A DNA stretch of 64,000 bases, taken from positions 789-64,788 of the forward strand of contig CAYGXM010000003.1 in the NCBI GenBank assembly GCA_964354105.1, read 5' to 3'. This document shows positions 1 through 7,914 of the stretch, piece by piece. Below the pieces are notes generated by a model. The model ran no database searches, was not told where the DNA came from, and saw only the letters and a program-made list of their open reading frames with translations. The first letter of the stretch is position 1; the number at the start of each line of letters is the position of its first letter. The stretch comes from Candidatus Woesearchaeota archaeon. Its GTDB lineage: Archaea; Nanobdellota; Nanobdellia; UBA10117. The translations under genes and the position numbers were made by a program.

Positions 1-2
1 AC

Positions 3-143
3 AGACTGTTGCTTGCAAACGTCCCGCTTCTTGTCGGGAAAGAATTGTTGATATTCCCGATATTCTATGGCTTGGGTGCACTTTTACTTGTAATGGGAAA
101 CATTGAACTAAGAGAAGCAATGCCAGGCAAAAGGAGAAGATAA
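3..143 (+). CDS. 3' end of a membrane-protein gene cut by the window edge
   Basis: Frame 3 is open from the window edge to TAA at 141-143. The translation ...LLLANVPLLVGKELLIFPIFYGLGALLLVMGNIELREAMPGKRRR is hydrophobic with a basic tail. No family recognised. Confidence 0.3.
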   Translation, partial: RLLLANVPLLVGKELLIFPIFYGLGALLLVMGNIELREAMPGKRRR

Positions 144-145
144 TC

Positions 146-283
146 ATGGCTAGACGAAGAACATTGTTAAGAGGATTAACACGAGAACGTGAAGCAGAGA
201 TTGAATACGGTCTAAAAGAATTTCTACAGGGCCTGCTAATTGGCTTTATACTGGGATTCCTGATAGCAACGCAAATCATGTAG
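146..283 (+). CDS. small hypothetical membrane protein (45 aa)
   Basis: ATG at 146 lies 2 nt after the upstream stop, and TAG is at 281-283. The product MARRRTLLRGLTREREAEIEYGLKEFLQGLLIGFILGFLIATQIM has a C-terminal hydrophobic helix. It is below the ORF-track size cutoff. Confidence 0.3.
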   Translation: MARRRTLLRGLTREREAEIEYGLKEFLQGLLIGFILGFLIATQIM

Positions 284-373
284 GTGCAAAATGAACTTAG
301 ACGACTGGACAATCTTTGTTATAGTAGCAGGCCTGATAGCTGGCGCTGCTCTTCTTTAATTTTTTAAATTGTT

Positions 374-385
374 AAGCTTTAAAAA
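374..385 (+). promoter_or_regulatory. BRE/TATA-like box for tRNA-Lys(CUU)
   Basis: AAGCTTTAAAAA, with its core centred about 28 nt upstream of the tRNA 5' end at 410. The same motif and spacing occur upstream of five other tRNA genes in the window. Confidence 0.5.
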
Positions 386-409
386 CCGTCTAGAATTCTT
401 TTTCTTTAC

Positions 410-483
410 GGGCTCGTAGCTCAGTCAGGTAGAGCGCTGACCTCTTAAGTCAGCTGTCAAGGGTTCAAATCCCTTCGGGCCCG
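410..483 (+). tRNA. tRNA-Lys (anticodon CTT), no intron
   Basis: Cloverleaf read by hand: acceptor GGGCTCG/CGGGCCC, anticodon stem CTGAC/GTCAG with loop CTCTTAA, variable CTGTC, T arm AAGGG-TTCAAAT-CCCTT, discriminator G. Confidence 0.9.
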
Positions 484-518
484 CTTAGTTTATAAAACAT
501 TGAGTTATCGTTTTGATT

Positions 519-1007
519 ATGGGATTTTGTTCGGTGTGTCATCGGCTGATGGTGTGGGATAGCGCTTCTGGGGAATTGAAGTGCAAAAATGATAATTGTG
601 GCAGACCAAAACAAATTAGTGATTTAAATAATGAGAGCGTGCAAAATGGAGCAAAAAGAGGCAAACATATTGGTAATAGCTATTCGGGATCGGATGATTT
701 TCTAGAAACAATTATGCAAAATCATCGAAGCGAGGTTTTCTATCAAAACAAGCGTTTCAAGCTCAGTGACCATCCAATCTATGAAGCAGACACTGTAAAC
801 TACTACAACGAAAAAACCGGGTTATATCTGACTGCAACCAGATGGAACCTGCCAAAAGCAAAATACATCGACCTTCCAGGCAGTGCCCTTACAGGCATGG
901 ACAAATATTATAAAAAAATGCTGACATTCTTCCTTGCAGAAACACCGCATGACCAATCAAACTATGAAAGATTCGAGAGGCAATTCAGCCTGCAAAGAGG
1001 GCGTTAA
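519..1007 (+). CDS. hypothetical protein with N-terminal zinc-ribbon-like motif
   Basis: The ORF-track start at 513 is TTG. The first ATG at 519 gives MGFCSVCHRLMVWDSASGELKCKNDNC (CxxC...CxxxxC). The rest is unrecognised, and the 3' end overlaps the possible starts of taw1. Confidence 0.5.
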   Translation: MGFCSVCHRLMVWDSASGELKCKNDNCGRPKQISDLNNESVQNGAKRGKHIGNSYSGSDDFLETIMQNHRSEVFYQNKRFKLSDHPIYEADTVNYYNEKTGLYLTATRWNLPKAKYIDLPGSALTGMDKYYKKMLTFFLAETPHDQSNYERFERQFSLQRGR

Positions 1008-1992
1008 ATTCACTCCTACAAGACTAAAGCAATACAAAAGAGCAGGTTACCGAATTATTGGAAAACATCAGCATTCCGGTGTTGAAGTCTGCAGATGGGC
1101 CAAGTCTGTTCTTCGTGGCGGTCGTAATTGTTACAAGGGAGTTTATGGCGTAGCATCACACAGATGCCTGCAAATGACCCCAACTTTGGATTTCTGCACC
1201 TTCAACTGTAAATTCTGCTGGCGCACATTCGGAAAAGAGAGATTTAAGGCAACAAGAAAATGGGACAATCCAAAAGAAATACTGGATGCTGCAATAGCTG
1301 CACAGAGAGAATTAATGAGCGGCTGGAAAGGCAACAAACTTACAACAATTGAACGATATAATGAAGCTATGAAGCCAATGCATATTGCAATTTCTTTGGA
1401 TGGCGAGCCAACCCTTTATCCAAAAATTGCAGAGCTAATTAGAGAAGTAAAGAAAAGGGGAATGACAGCTTTTCTTGTAACAAATGGCACGATGCCGAAC
1501 CGTTTGAAGGAATTGTTGAAGAAAAAAGCAGAGCCTACCAATTTGTATGTGTCTGTGTATGCTACCAACTATAGAGATTACCAGAAAATCACAAATTCAT
1601 TTTTGCCTGACGCTTTTGAACGGGTTTTGGAATCCCTTATGCTCCTGAAAAAGTTCAAAGAAGCTAGGACCATTATGAGATTAACCCTCGTCAGGGGTTT
1701 AAACTTGAAGGACGCGGAAGAATGGTCAAGACTTATAGACCTAGCACAGCCAAAATTTGTCGAATTCAAAGGATACACCTGGCTTGGCGAGTCTAGAAAA
1801 AGATTGAAGCAGGAAGATATGCCTTCCATGCTCGATTTGGAGAAATTTGCAAAGAAGATTGCAAAGTTGACTAGCTATAAAATAAAGCACAAGGATAAGG
1901 TCTCGAGAGTAATAATTTTCGCAAGGGACGAGGAAACCTGGAAGTGGAGCTTAAGCAAAATTGGAGAAATTGTAATCTCTTTAGGTTTGTAA
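949..1992 (+). CDS. taw1: tRNA 4-demethylwyosine synthase (TYW1/Taw1, radical SAM)
   Basis: Radical-SAM CxxxCxxC (CTFNCKFC) is preceded by the Cys-rich segment CRWAKSVLRGGRNCYKGVYGVASHRCLQMTP, which is typical of TYW1/Taw1. The ORF-track start 934 is TTG; the ATGs at 949 and 964 are equally possible starts. Confidence 0.85.
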   Translation: MTNQTMKDSRGNSACKEGVKFTPTRLKQYKRAGYRIIGKHQHSGVEVCRWAKSVLRGGRNCYKGVYGVASHRCLQMTPTLDFCTFNCKFCWRTFGKERFKATRKWDNPKEILDAAIAAQRELMSGWKGNKLTTIERYNEAMKPMHIAISLDGEPTLYPKIAELIREVKKRGMTAFLVTNGTMPNRLKELLKKKAEPTNLYVSVYATNYRDYQKITNSFLPDAFERVLESLMLLKKFKEARTIMRLTLVRGLNLKDAEEWSRLIDLAQPKFVEFKGYTWLGESRKRLKQEDMPSMLDLEKFAKKIAKLTSYKIKHKDKVSRVIIFARDEETWKWSLSKIGEIVISLGL

Positions 1993-2097
1993 AGCTCAAA
2001 AGCCCACATTTGCAAAAGGAAAGCATTCTGATGTTGAGGGATAACTCTTTAGTCAAGAGTAAGGCTTAAAATCCAAAACTGCAACAAAATAATAGCT

Positions 2098-2343
2098 ATG
2101 GTAAAGAATGTTTACGAAATTGTTGACGATACAAATGACTTGCGTGAAAGAATACACAAGTCAATTAAGACAAAAAGGAACAAGCTTAGAGTAGGCGAAG
2201 TAGCCGGCTGGCATGACAAGTCTCTAGCTTTGCAGGCAGACCTCGCAAAGAAAGTTGATGAGCTTTATGAGCGCTTTGTTAGACTGGAAGATGAGGTCAG
2301 AAAGAAAGTAAGGCCGGAAATGCTGAGAAAGGGAAAGCGGTAA
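2098..2343 (+). CDS. small hypothetical helical protein (81 aa)
   Basis: ATG-started ORF with a TATA-like AAGGCTTAAAATCC about 32 nt upstream. The sequence is charged and helical. No family recognised. Confidence 0.5.
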   Translation: MVKNVYEIVDDTNDLRERIHKSIKTKRNKLRVGEVAGWHDKSLALQADLAKKVDELYERFVRLEDEVRKKVRPEMLRKGKR

Positions 2344-2345
2344 TT

Positions 2346-2603
2346 ATGCCTACAGAAGCCGAACACGTCGTAACTGAAGTACTGTTAGATTACCTAATAT
2401 TATCTGAAATTTCTCGCGGCGCATACAACAAACAAGCAGTGATTGAAAAATTGGGGCTTCCTGCAGGCAAACACTTGGAAGAACTAATAGCACATAATTA
2501 TTTAGTTGCGCGCGGCGAAACTCTCGAAATAACAAAGAAAGGCTACGAAAGATGCGCAGCTTATGATAAATTAGCGGATAATCTTTTTCCAATCAGCAAC
2601 TAA
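2346..2603 (+). CDS. small winged-helix-like DNA-binding protein (85 aa)
   Basis: Starts 2 nt after the previous stop. The segment EKLGLPAGKHLEELIAHNYLVARGETLEITKKGYE resembles a wHTH recognition helix plus wing. Confidence 0.45.
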   Translation: MPTEAEHVVTEVLLDYLILSEISRGAYNKQAVIEKLGLPAGKHLEELIAHNYLVARGETLEITKKGYERCAAYDKLADNLFPISN

Positions 2604-2615
2604 AAGCTTTTAATT
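2603..2615 (+). promoter_or_regulatory. BRE/TATA-like box for the tRNA-Ala/tRNA-Met pair
   Basis: AAAGCTTTTAATT, with its core centred about 26.5 nt upstream of the tRNA 5' end at 2638. Confidence 0.5.
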
Positions 2616-2637
2616 CTAATAAATTTGCTCTTTATTT

Positions 2638-2731
2638 GGGCCGATGGTCTAACGGTTATGACGCACGCATGGCAAGCTCAGAGATGAGCCCACAGTGCGT
2701 GAGGCTCCGGGTTCGAATCCCGGTCGGTCCA
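2638..2731 (+). tRNA. tRNA-Ala (anticodon GGC) with a 21-nt intron at 37/38
   Basis: Acceptor GGGCCGA/TCGGTCC contains the G3:U70 Ala identity pair. Anticodon stem CACGC/GCGTG, loop AT-GGC-A. The predicted intron at 2675-2695 (AGCTCAGAGATGAGCCCACAG) contains the hairpin GCTCA/TGAGC. T arm CCGGG-TTCGAAT-CCCGG. A32 is unusual. Confidence 0.8.
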
Positions 2732-2734
2732 CTT

Positions 2735-2843
2735 GGCGAGGTAGTTTAGCCTGGTGGAACGCCGCTCTCATATAACGCGGCACTGCCGTTGGGCAGTTGT
2801 CTGAGACAGGCGGATGTCGCCGGTTCAAATCCGGCCCTCGCCA
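2735..2843 (+). tRNA. tRNA with anticodon CAT (elongator Met or Ile2) and a 35-nt intron at 37/38
   Basis: Acceptor GGCGAGG/CCTCGCC. Anticodon stem CCGCT/GGCGG, loop CT-CAT-A. The predicted intron at 2773-2807 contains the hairpin ACTGCC/GGCAGT. T arm GCCGG-TTCAAAT-CCGGC. It starts only 3 nt after tRNA-Ala. Confidence 0.8.
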
Positions 2844-2849
2844 TTATGA

Positions 2850-2888
2850 AAAAATCAGGGTTTAAAACCTGGCTTTAGCCTGATTTTT
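2850..2888. terminator. 10-bp stem hairpin flanked by T/A runs (putative bidirectional terminator)
   Basis: AAAAATCAGG (2850-2859) pairs with CCTGATTTTT (2879-2888). It lies between the tRNA-Met 3' end and the 3' end of the convergent minus-strand gene. Confidence 0.4.
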
Positions 2889-2895
2889 CCATTCC

Positions 2896-2949
2896 AAAAA
2901 TTGCCACATTTGACCAGCTAAAATTCCATCAAACCAAGTGGCAATTTTT
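2896..2949. terminator. 12-bp stem inverted repeat flanked by T/A runs
   Basis: AAAAATTGCCAC (2896-2907) pairs with GTGGCAATTTTT (2938-2949), with a 30-nt loop. The stop of the minus-strand gene is at 2962. Confidence 0.35.
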
Positions 2950-2961
2950 TGTTAATTAAAA

Positions 2962-3375
2962 CTAAATACTGTCATAAGGATACATGGTCTGTGGTATTGA
3001 TATGGGCATTCTAAATTCTACATATCTCAATGTCACGCCTTTGCCTTCGTACTTGTCGGAAAAGGTTTGCAAATAAGTTTTAACTTTATCCAGGCGCCAG
3101 TCTGAACTTTGGGGTGTTGCTACAATAATATTTCCCTGCAGTTCAATGTCCATCATTGCTTTTCTGTGCCCTTTTCTTGAAATGCGGGAAGTTCTGTAAA
3201 TTTCCATAACATTGTCATCTGTGCGCAAATGATATTCCTTATTTCCAAGCTTCTCGAGCGAATTCAATCCTTTGTTGAATTTCCCGATAATGTCCTCTAA
3301 GCCCTTCTGCAGCTCATTAAACAGGATAGCTTCCATACCATCAAATAGAAACAAATAGAGATTTAAATCTTCCAT
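2962..3375 (-). CDS. hypothetical protein (137 aa; alternative start at 3336 gives 124 aa)
   Basis: The ORF track gives 2962..3657, but its first 94 aa are low-complexity and antisense to the divergent gene. The plausible part starts at ATG 3375 (MEDLNLY...) or ATG 3336 (MEAILFNEL...). The latter fits the palindromic TATA at 3359-3370. Confidence 0.5.
   Translation of the reverse strand: MEDLNLYLFLFDGMEAILFNELQKGLEDIIGKFNKGLNSLEKLGNKEYHLRTDDNVMEIYRTSRISRKGHRKAMMDIELQGNIIVATPQSSDWRLDKVKTYLQTFSDKYEGKGVTLRYVEFRMPISIPQTMYPYDSI
3359..3370. promoter_or_regulatory. perfectly palindromic TATA-like box AGATTTAAATCT between divergent genes
   Basis: The 12-nt perfect palindrome is centred 24.5 nt from the plus-strand ATG (3389) and 28.5 nt from the minus-strand ATG at 3336. 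Confidence 0.4.
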
Positions 3376-3388
3376 ATCAAAAAATGAT

Positions 3389-4693
3389 ATGGAGGCTGCT
3401 AGGGAGAAGGAAAAAGGAAAGCTTGCCAAGAAAGCCGGCAAGAAAACACTTGCAGGAATGTCTTGGCTTGGAAGAAAAACTGGGAAGCTTTTCAGGGATT
3501 CTATTCTTTTGGCAAGGCCTTTGAACAAAAAAGAAAGCTTTGTATTTTCAAAAGTCCGGCCATACTTAAAAGAAGGCGAGGAATTCAAGCTGCAGAAAGC
3601 GATTAAGCAAGGCAAGGCTAAGATCAAATTAAACAGATACGGCTGGTCTTTTCTCATTTCTGGAAATGACCTGCGGCCAAAAATCTTTTTTGTAAAGCCC
3701 GAGAAAAGAAGATTGAATCCGGATCATGATATAGAGGAAAAGCAGCAATTTTGGATAGAAGAATTGGACAAAAGAATCCGGAGACAATTTTTTGAACATA
3801 ATTTCCGGGAATTTGCAGAAAAAGCATGGACAGCAGCGCCACAATTCATTGGGCCAAATATTATTGGGTTAAAACATGTCAAGGAAGCTGCAGCTTTGCA
3901 GTTGTTTTGCAAAGAGCAGACTCATATTTTATTGCTTGGAGACCCTGGAACAGGAAAAACTGATATTTTGCGGTCAACTGCAGATTTGAATCCAATATCT
4001 GTATTTGGATTGGGCTCAGGAACATCAGGAGTCGGCTTAGCTGTTACAGTAAAAGGAAAATATGTGAGTCCTGGATTGTTGCCGAAAGCAGATTTGGGTT
4101 TGGCATGCATAGACGAATTAAATCTGATGAAGAAGGACGATTACGCGGCCCTGTACAACGCAATGGAAAAAGGCTTCATCACATATGACAAAGGAGGGCA
4201 TCACTACAGGTTTAATGCCCGCATTAAAGTATTGGCTACTGGAAATCCAAAAGGAGATAAATTTACAGCCTATGATTTGGAAACTGTAAAATCACAAATT
4301 CCTTTTGATTCTGCGCTTTTATCGAGATTCCATTTAGTTTTTATTGTAAAGAAGGCGACATTAAATGAATTTTCAGAAATTGCAGAAAAGATAATTTCTG
4401 AAGACAAAGTAAAAATAAATCTTGCAGATATTTTATTCTTGAAGAATTATGTTCGTTTTGTAAACAAATTAGATGCAGAAATCCCACATAATCTTGCTGA
4501 AAAAATCAAGGACTTTGTAACAAATCTGAAGGAAAAGGAAGCAGAACTGCCATTTGAGATAACCCCAAGAACAGTAATCGGAGTTACAAGACTGGCAAAA
4601 GCATCAGCCAGGATGGAACTAAGAAGTATTGTAGAAGGAAAAGATTTGGACAGGGTATTTAATATTATTACAAAAGCATATTTACTCTCATGA
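3389..4693 (+). CDS. MCM-family AAA+ ATPase without a recognisable MCM N-terminal domain
   Basis: Walker A LLLGDPGTGKT, Walker B ACIDELNLM, sensor-1 VLATGNP and an Arg-finger-like SRFHLVF occur in MCM-like order and spacing. Only about 160 Lys-rich aa precede the ATPase core, and no OB-fold or Zn motif was seen. Confidence 0.7.
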   Translation: MEAAREKEKGKLAKKAGKKTLAGMSWLGRKTGKLFRDSILLARPLNKKESFVFSKVRPYLKEGEEFKLQKAIKQGKAKIKLNRYGWSFLISGNDLRPKIFFVKPEKRRLNPDHDIEEKQQFWIEELDKRIRRQFFEHNFREFAEKAWTAAPQFIGPNIIGLKHVKEAAALQLFCKEQTHILLLGDPGTGKTDILRSTADLNPISVFGLGSGTSGVGLAVTVKGKYVSPGLLPKADLGLACIDELNLMKKDDYAALYNAMEKGFITYDKGGHHYRFNARIKVLATGNPKGDKFTAYDLETVKSQIPFDSALLSRFHLVFIVKKATLNEFSEIAEKIISEDKVKINLADILFLKNYVRFVNKLDAEIPHNLAEKIKDFVTNLKEKEAELPFEITPRTVIGVTRLAKASARMELRSIVEGKDLDRVFNIITKAYLLS

Positions 4694-4711
4694 TTTTAGA
4701 GTAATTGTTTA

Positions 4712-7700
4712 CTAGGCATTCTTTAATGCTTCTTCTTGTCTTTTTCTCCATATTTCCTCACGGTAACTATCGATTGCAGCTTCACGGCGCAGAATTCTTG
4801 GCGGCATGCCAAGCCACTTGTAGAACTCATGAGGAAGAGATGTAAATACCACGTTCTTTTTGGCTTTATTAACTTCTTCAATAGATTTAATTATATCTAT
4901 TTTATTTTCTGCGAAATATTTCAAAACTTCTGTTCTCAGGTATATATTTTCCGCTAGCAAACGATTATCGTATCTACCCATTAGTATACCTTCTACATTA
5001 GTAGTGCCGTTTTCGTAAAGACTTTGCTGTGCTTTTGCTTCGATTAATTCTTCTAATAATAGAAAGCCCGCTTCGCGTCTTTCATCTGCCTCACCACGCA
5101 TCTCCTGCCAAAGTGTATTTATTTTGTCTAAATTTATGTGTAAAGCTTCGTCATTAAAGTAAATATTTTGTGAAACATCATCCCTAAATGAATACACAGG
5201 CTTCAAATGTTTAAGGCCAACTATGCTACTAATTTTTCTATCTAGCTCTCCAATAGAATCTAACAATGTTAAATATGCAGTATCATTTGGTTTTATTCTC
5301 GCAACCCTTTTAGTATCCAATATGCCAAAATCCTTTTTGTTTTTATTTCGGATTTTAAACGCTAGTTTTGAAAAATAGTCACCTATGTCTTGGAGTGTAT
5401 AGTCCTGATAGTTTGGAGGCGACTCACTTTTCCACAAATCAGTAAACCGCTCTTTCGCGTTCGCGAATTTGGTTTTTACGGCCTCGATGCGCCGTGCCCA
5501 CCCCTCGCTTCTCTTTTGTTTGGCTTCCTCTTTTTCCTTGAGCTTATTTTCTCTGATTGTAACCCACTCCATCTCTTGCTCCCTTAGCCGGGCCGCTTTT
5601 TTCCGAGCCCTAAATTCTCTTTCTGTAGCCTTTTTCTTCCTATCTTTTAGCCATCGCGTATACCAGGAACTACTGCTATCTACAAGACCTTGCGCAGCTA
5701 GCTTGCCATAAACATAAGGTATTCCAAACAATTGATAAAAGCCATAACCAACATCTCTACAAAAGTCGCCAATTGTGTCGAGATAATCTTCTAAAACTTT
5801 TACATCATATTTTTTATCAACCTTGAGTTTTATTTGGTCTAATCTTGTAACAATTCGATTGACTAGCGGATTACTATGTATGTCAACAAAATAGTCGCCA
5901 TCTTTTAACCAAAAAGCCTCTTTTTCAGTATCATATTTTAGCTTATCTTTAAAGTAAAGTTCTATCAATTTTTCAATGGATATGCGCATAGGTGCTCCGC
6001 GAAGATGTTTTCCGCTAAAAACATATCTTTCGCCGCCAATGATGTCTGACAAATAATTTTGCGCTTTTGGGCCTACAGAGACTGAGTCGCCAGCATATAA
6101 CGCGGCAGGTATTATGTCCTTAGACATTATTTCGCGAAAGAAATCGTCAGCCTTAATTTTCAGTGTATATTTCTTAGCCAATTTCTTACGTAACTTTTCT
6201 CTTTTTAATTCACGTTTTGCTTCAACATCTACATAAATATTTAATTTTTTCTTAAGGTCGTCTTTTATTTCATGCAAGTTATATTTTAGGTCACTCAAGG
6301 TAAATTTGTTTTTCGCATAAACCCCTACATCAAGTGCACCAAGTCCTATTGCAGCAAGTCCTGCAAGCGCTTGAGGCCCGTATGCTTTGTAAAGCGCGTC
6401 TAGACCAATAACAGCACCTATGCCGATGGCTGTTCCTGCGCCTATTACTCCGCCCGCCAGCAAAATTCCTTCTAGCGTAATATTGTGGCTGCTAGAAATT
6501 TTTTTCTTTGAAGATGGTGTTCGCGAGCGCATTTTGTCATAAACACTGCCTAGCCATTCTCTTACAGAACCACCAACTTCTATTATTTTTGCAGCTCCGG
6601 TAATGGCTCCACTATGGAAACGTCGCGAGATTGAATAATTTTGTTTAAATTTATTTGTCAAATCTGATTTATACTCAGATTCAAAAATATCTGCAAGCTC
6701 TTCAAGTAGTGCGCTCGATGGGTGCTTCATAATTCTATCATCACCCAATACGCCGCTAAGGAACAAATCCTCAAATGCTTCATACTCTGCAGTTAAAACT
6801 TCTATTTGATTATCTGCTATTATGCTGTTTCTACCTTTAGTTAATGTTACTGCTCTTGGCAGATTTACCCAAAAATCTACTCCTGTTTGCACTAAGCTAT
6901 TCATTAATTTGTAATGCAATGTTTTCTCGTCAAAAGGAATATTTTCATTTTTAATGAAAAGTCCGCGCTGTGTTAAAATAATTTTGTCGGAGTTAGAGTC
7001 ATCTTGAGATCCTGGACTTGTTAAATTCTGACATGAGTAAGCAATTGTCAACCCTTTGTCGCTGCCCTTGAGGTCAACGTCAACACCTTTTGATTTTGTA
7101 TATGCGCGTTCTGGATTATTGACCCACGCACCGTTAAAATAAACTCTTGCATCATTTGAGCTAACATGGCCAACATACTTAATGGCATTGGCCTTGAGCT
7201 GTTCAGGCTTGGTTATACTTTTTGGAATGTACATCGTAACTGTTGTTCCCTTGCCATTAAGCTCGAGCGGCGCATCTTTTGGCAATAAGTACACATCTGC
7301 AAGCCACTTTCCATCCTTTGTTTTTGATTCATTGTGCACAACTGATAAAATAGTATAATCTAGATTGGAAGTTTTACTCAATGTAGCTACAAATTCAGCC
7401 ATGTCTAGAGTTGAATACCAGCCTATACCATGTTCGCCTATTTTATTTGGGTTGAATTCTTTTGGCGAATTGTACGGAACTAAAAGGTCCCTAATTTGGC
7501 CCTCAAGGTCCATTCCACAGCCCTTGTCTGCTACGGTTAGGACATAGTATCGATCTTGCTCTTCTACACTATAATTTATTTTTCTTTCAGCATCAGATGG
7601 CTCATACGAATCCATCGAGTTCTGGTTAAGCTCGCGCAATGATGCATAACGATTGCCAAATTGTGCCTCTATTGTTTTATTAACAATGCCTTCAAACAAT

Positions 7701-7912
7701 TTTGGCGAAGTCTGCTTTTCGCGTGTTAATTCTATATATTTTACAGCCTGCTCAAAGCTGGCATTTTTAGTAGATTTAGGCAAAGCCTTAATAAAGCCAT
7801 CAAAATCGCCCGCCATTTGCATCATTACTAAATCATTGAGGTAGAATCTCTGATGGGGGTAGCTATTAAGATCCGTTAACAACTCATCAAGACCGTTATA
7901 AGATTCGTACAT
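4712..7912 (-). CDS. 1066-aa GHKL/Hsp90-like ATPase with central glycine-zipper hydrophobic segments and a basic coiled-coil region
   Basis: Bergerat-fold motifs: RELNQNSMDS (N box), VADKGCGMD (G1) and IGEHGIGWYS (G2), at residues about 93-166. Residues about 481-533 read GILLAGGVIGAGTAIGIGAVIGL...ALAGLAAIGLGALDVGVYA. Residues about 753-823 are a K/R/E-rich helix. It is the last gene of the operon. Confidence 0.7.
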   Translation of the reverse strand: MYESYNGLDELLTDLNSYPHQRFYLNDLVMMQMAGDFDGFIKALPKSTKNASFEQAVKYIELTREKQTSPKLFEGIVNKTIEAQFGNRYASLRELNQNSMDSYEPSDAERKINYSVEEQDRYYVLTVADKGCGMDLEGQIRDLLVPYNSPKEFNPNKIGEHGIGWYSTLDMAEFVATLSKTSNLDYTILSVVHNESKTKDGKWLADVYLLPKDAPLELNGKGTTVTMYIPKSITKPEQLKANAIKYVGHVSSNDARVYFNGAWVNNPERAYTKSKGVDVDLKGSDKGLTIAYSCQNLTSPGSQDDSNSDKIILTQRGLFIKNENIPFDEKTLHYKLMNSLVQTGVDFWVNLPRAVTLTKGRNSIIADNQIEVLTAEYEAFEDLFLSGVLGDDRIMKHPSSALLEELADIFESEYKSDLTNKFKQNYSISRRFHSGAITGAAKIIEVGGSVREWLGSVYDKMRSRTPSSKKKISSSHNITLEGILLAGGVIGAGTAIGIGAVIGLDALYKAYGPQALAGLAAIGLGALDVGVYAKNKFTLSDLKYNLHEIKDDLKKKLNIYVDVEAKRELKREKLRKKLAKKYTLKIKADDFFREIMSKDIIPAALYAGDSVSVGPKAQNYLSDIIGGERYVFSGKHLRGAPMRISIEKLIELYFKDKLKYDTEKEAFWLKDGDYFVDIHSNPLVNRIVTRLDQIKLKVDKKYDVKVLEDYLDTIGDFCRDVGYGFYQLFGIPYVYGKLAAQGLVDSSSSWYTRWLKDRKKKATEREFRARKKAARLREQEMEWVTIRENKLKEKEEAKQKRSEGWARRIEAVKTKFANAKERFTDLWKSESPPNYQDYTLQDIGDYFSKLAFKIRNKNKKDFGILDTKRVARIKPNDTAYLTLLDSIGELDRKISSIVGLKHLKPVYSFRDDVSQNIYFNDEALHINLDKINTLWQEMRGEADERREAGFLLLEELIEAKAQQSLYENGTTNVEGILMGRYDNRLLAENIYLRTEVLKYFAENKIDIIKSIEEVNKAKKNVVFTSLPHEFYKWLGMPPRILRREAAIDSYREEIWRKRQEEALKNA

Positions 7913-7914
7913 GT

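Noticed and set aside
3376-3657. N-terminal 94 aa of the minus-strand ORF 2962..3657
   Set aside because: This part is a Phe/Ser/Leu-rich low-complexity translation antisense to the start of the MCM-like gene. An internal ATG plus the palindromic TATA box give a more plausible gene.
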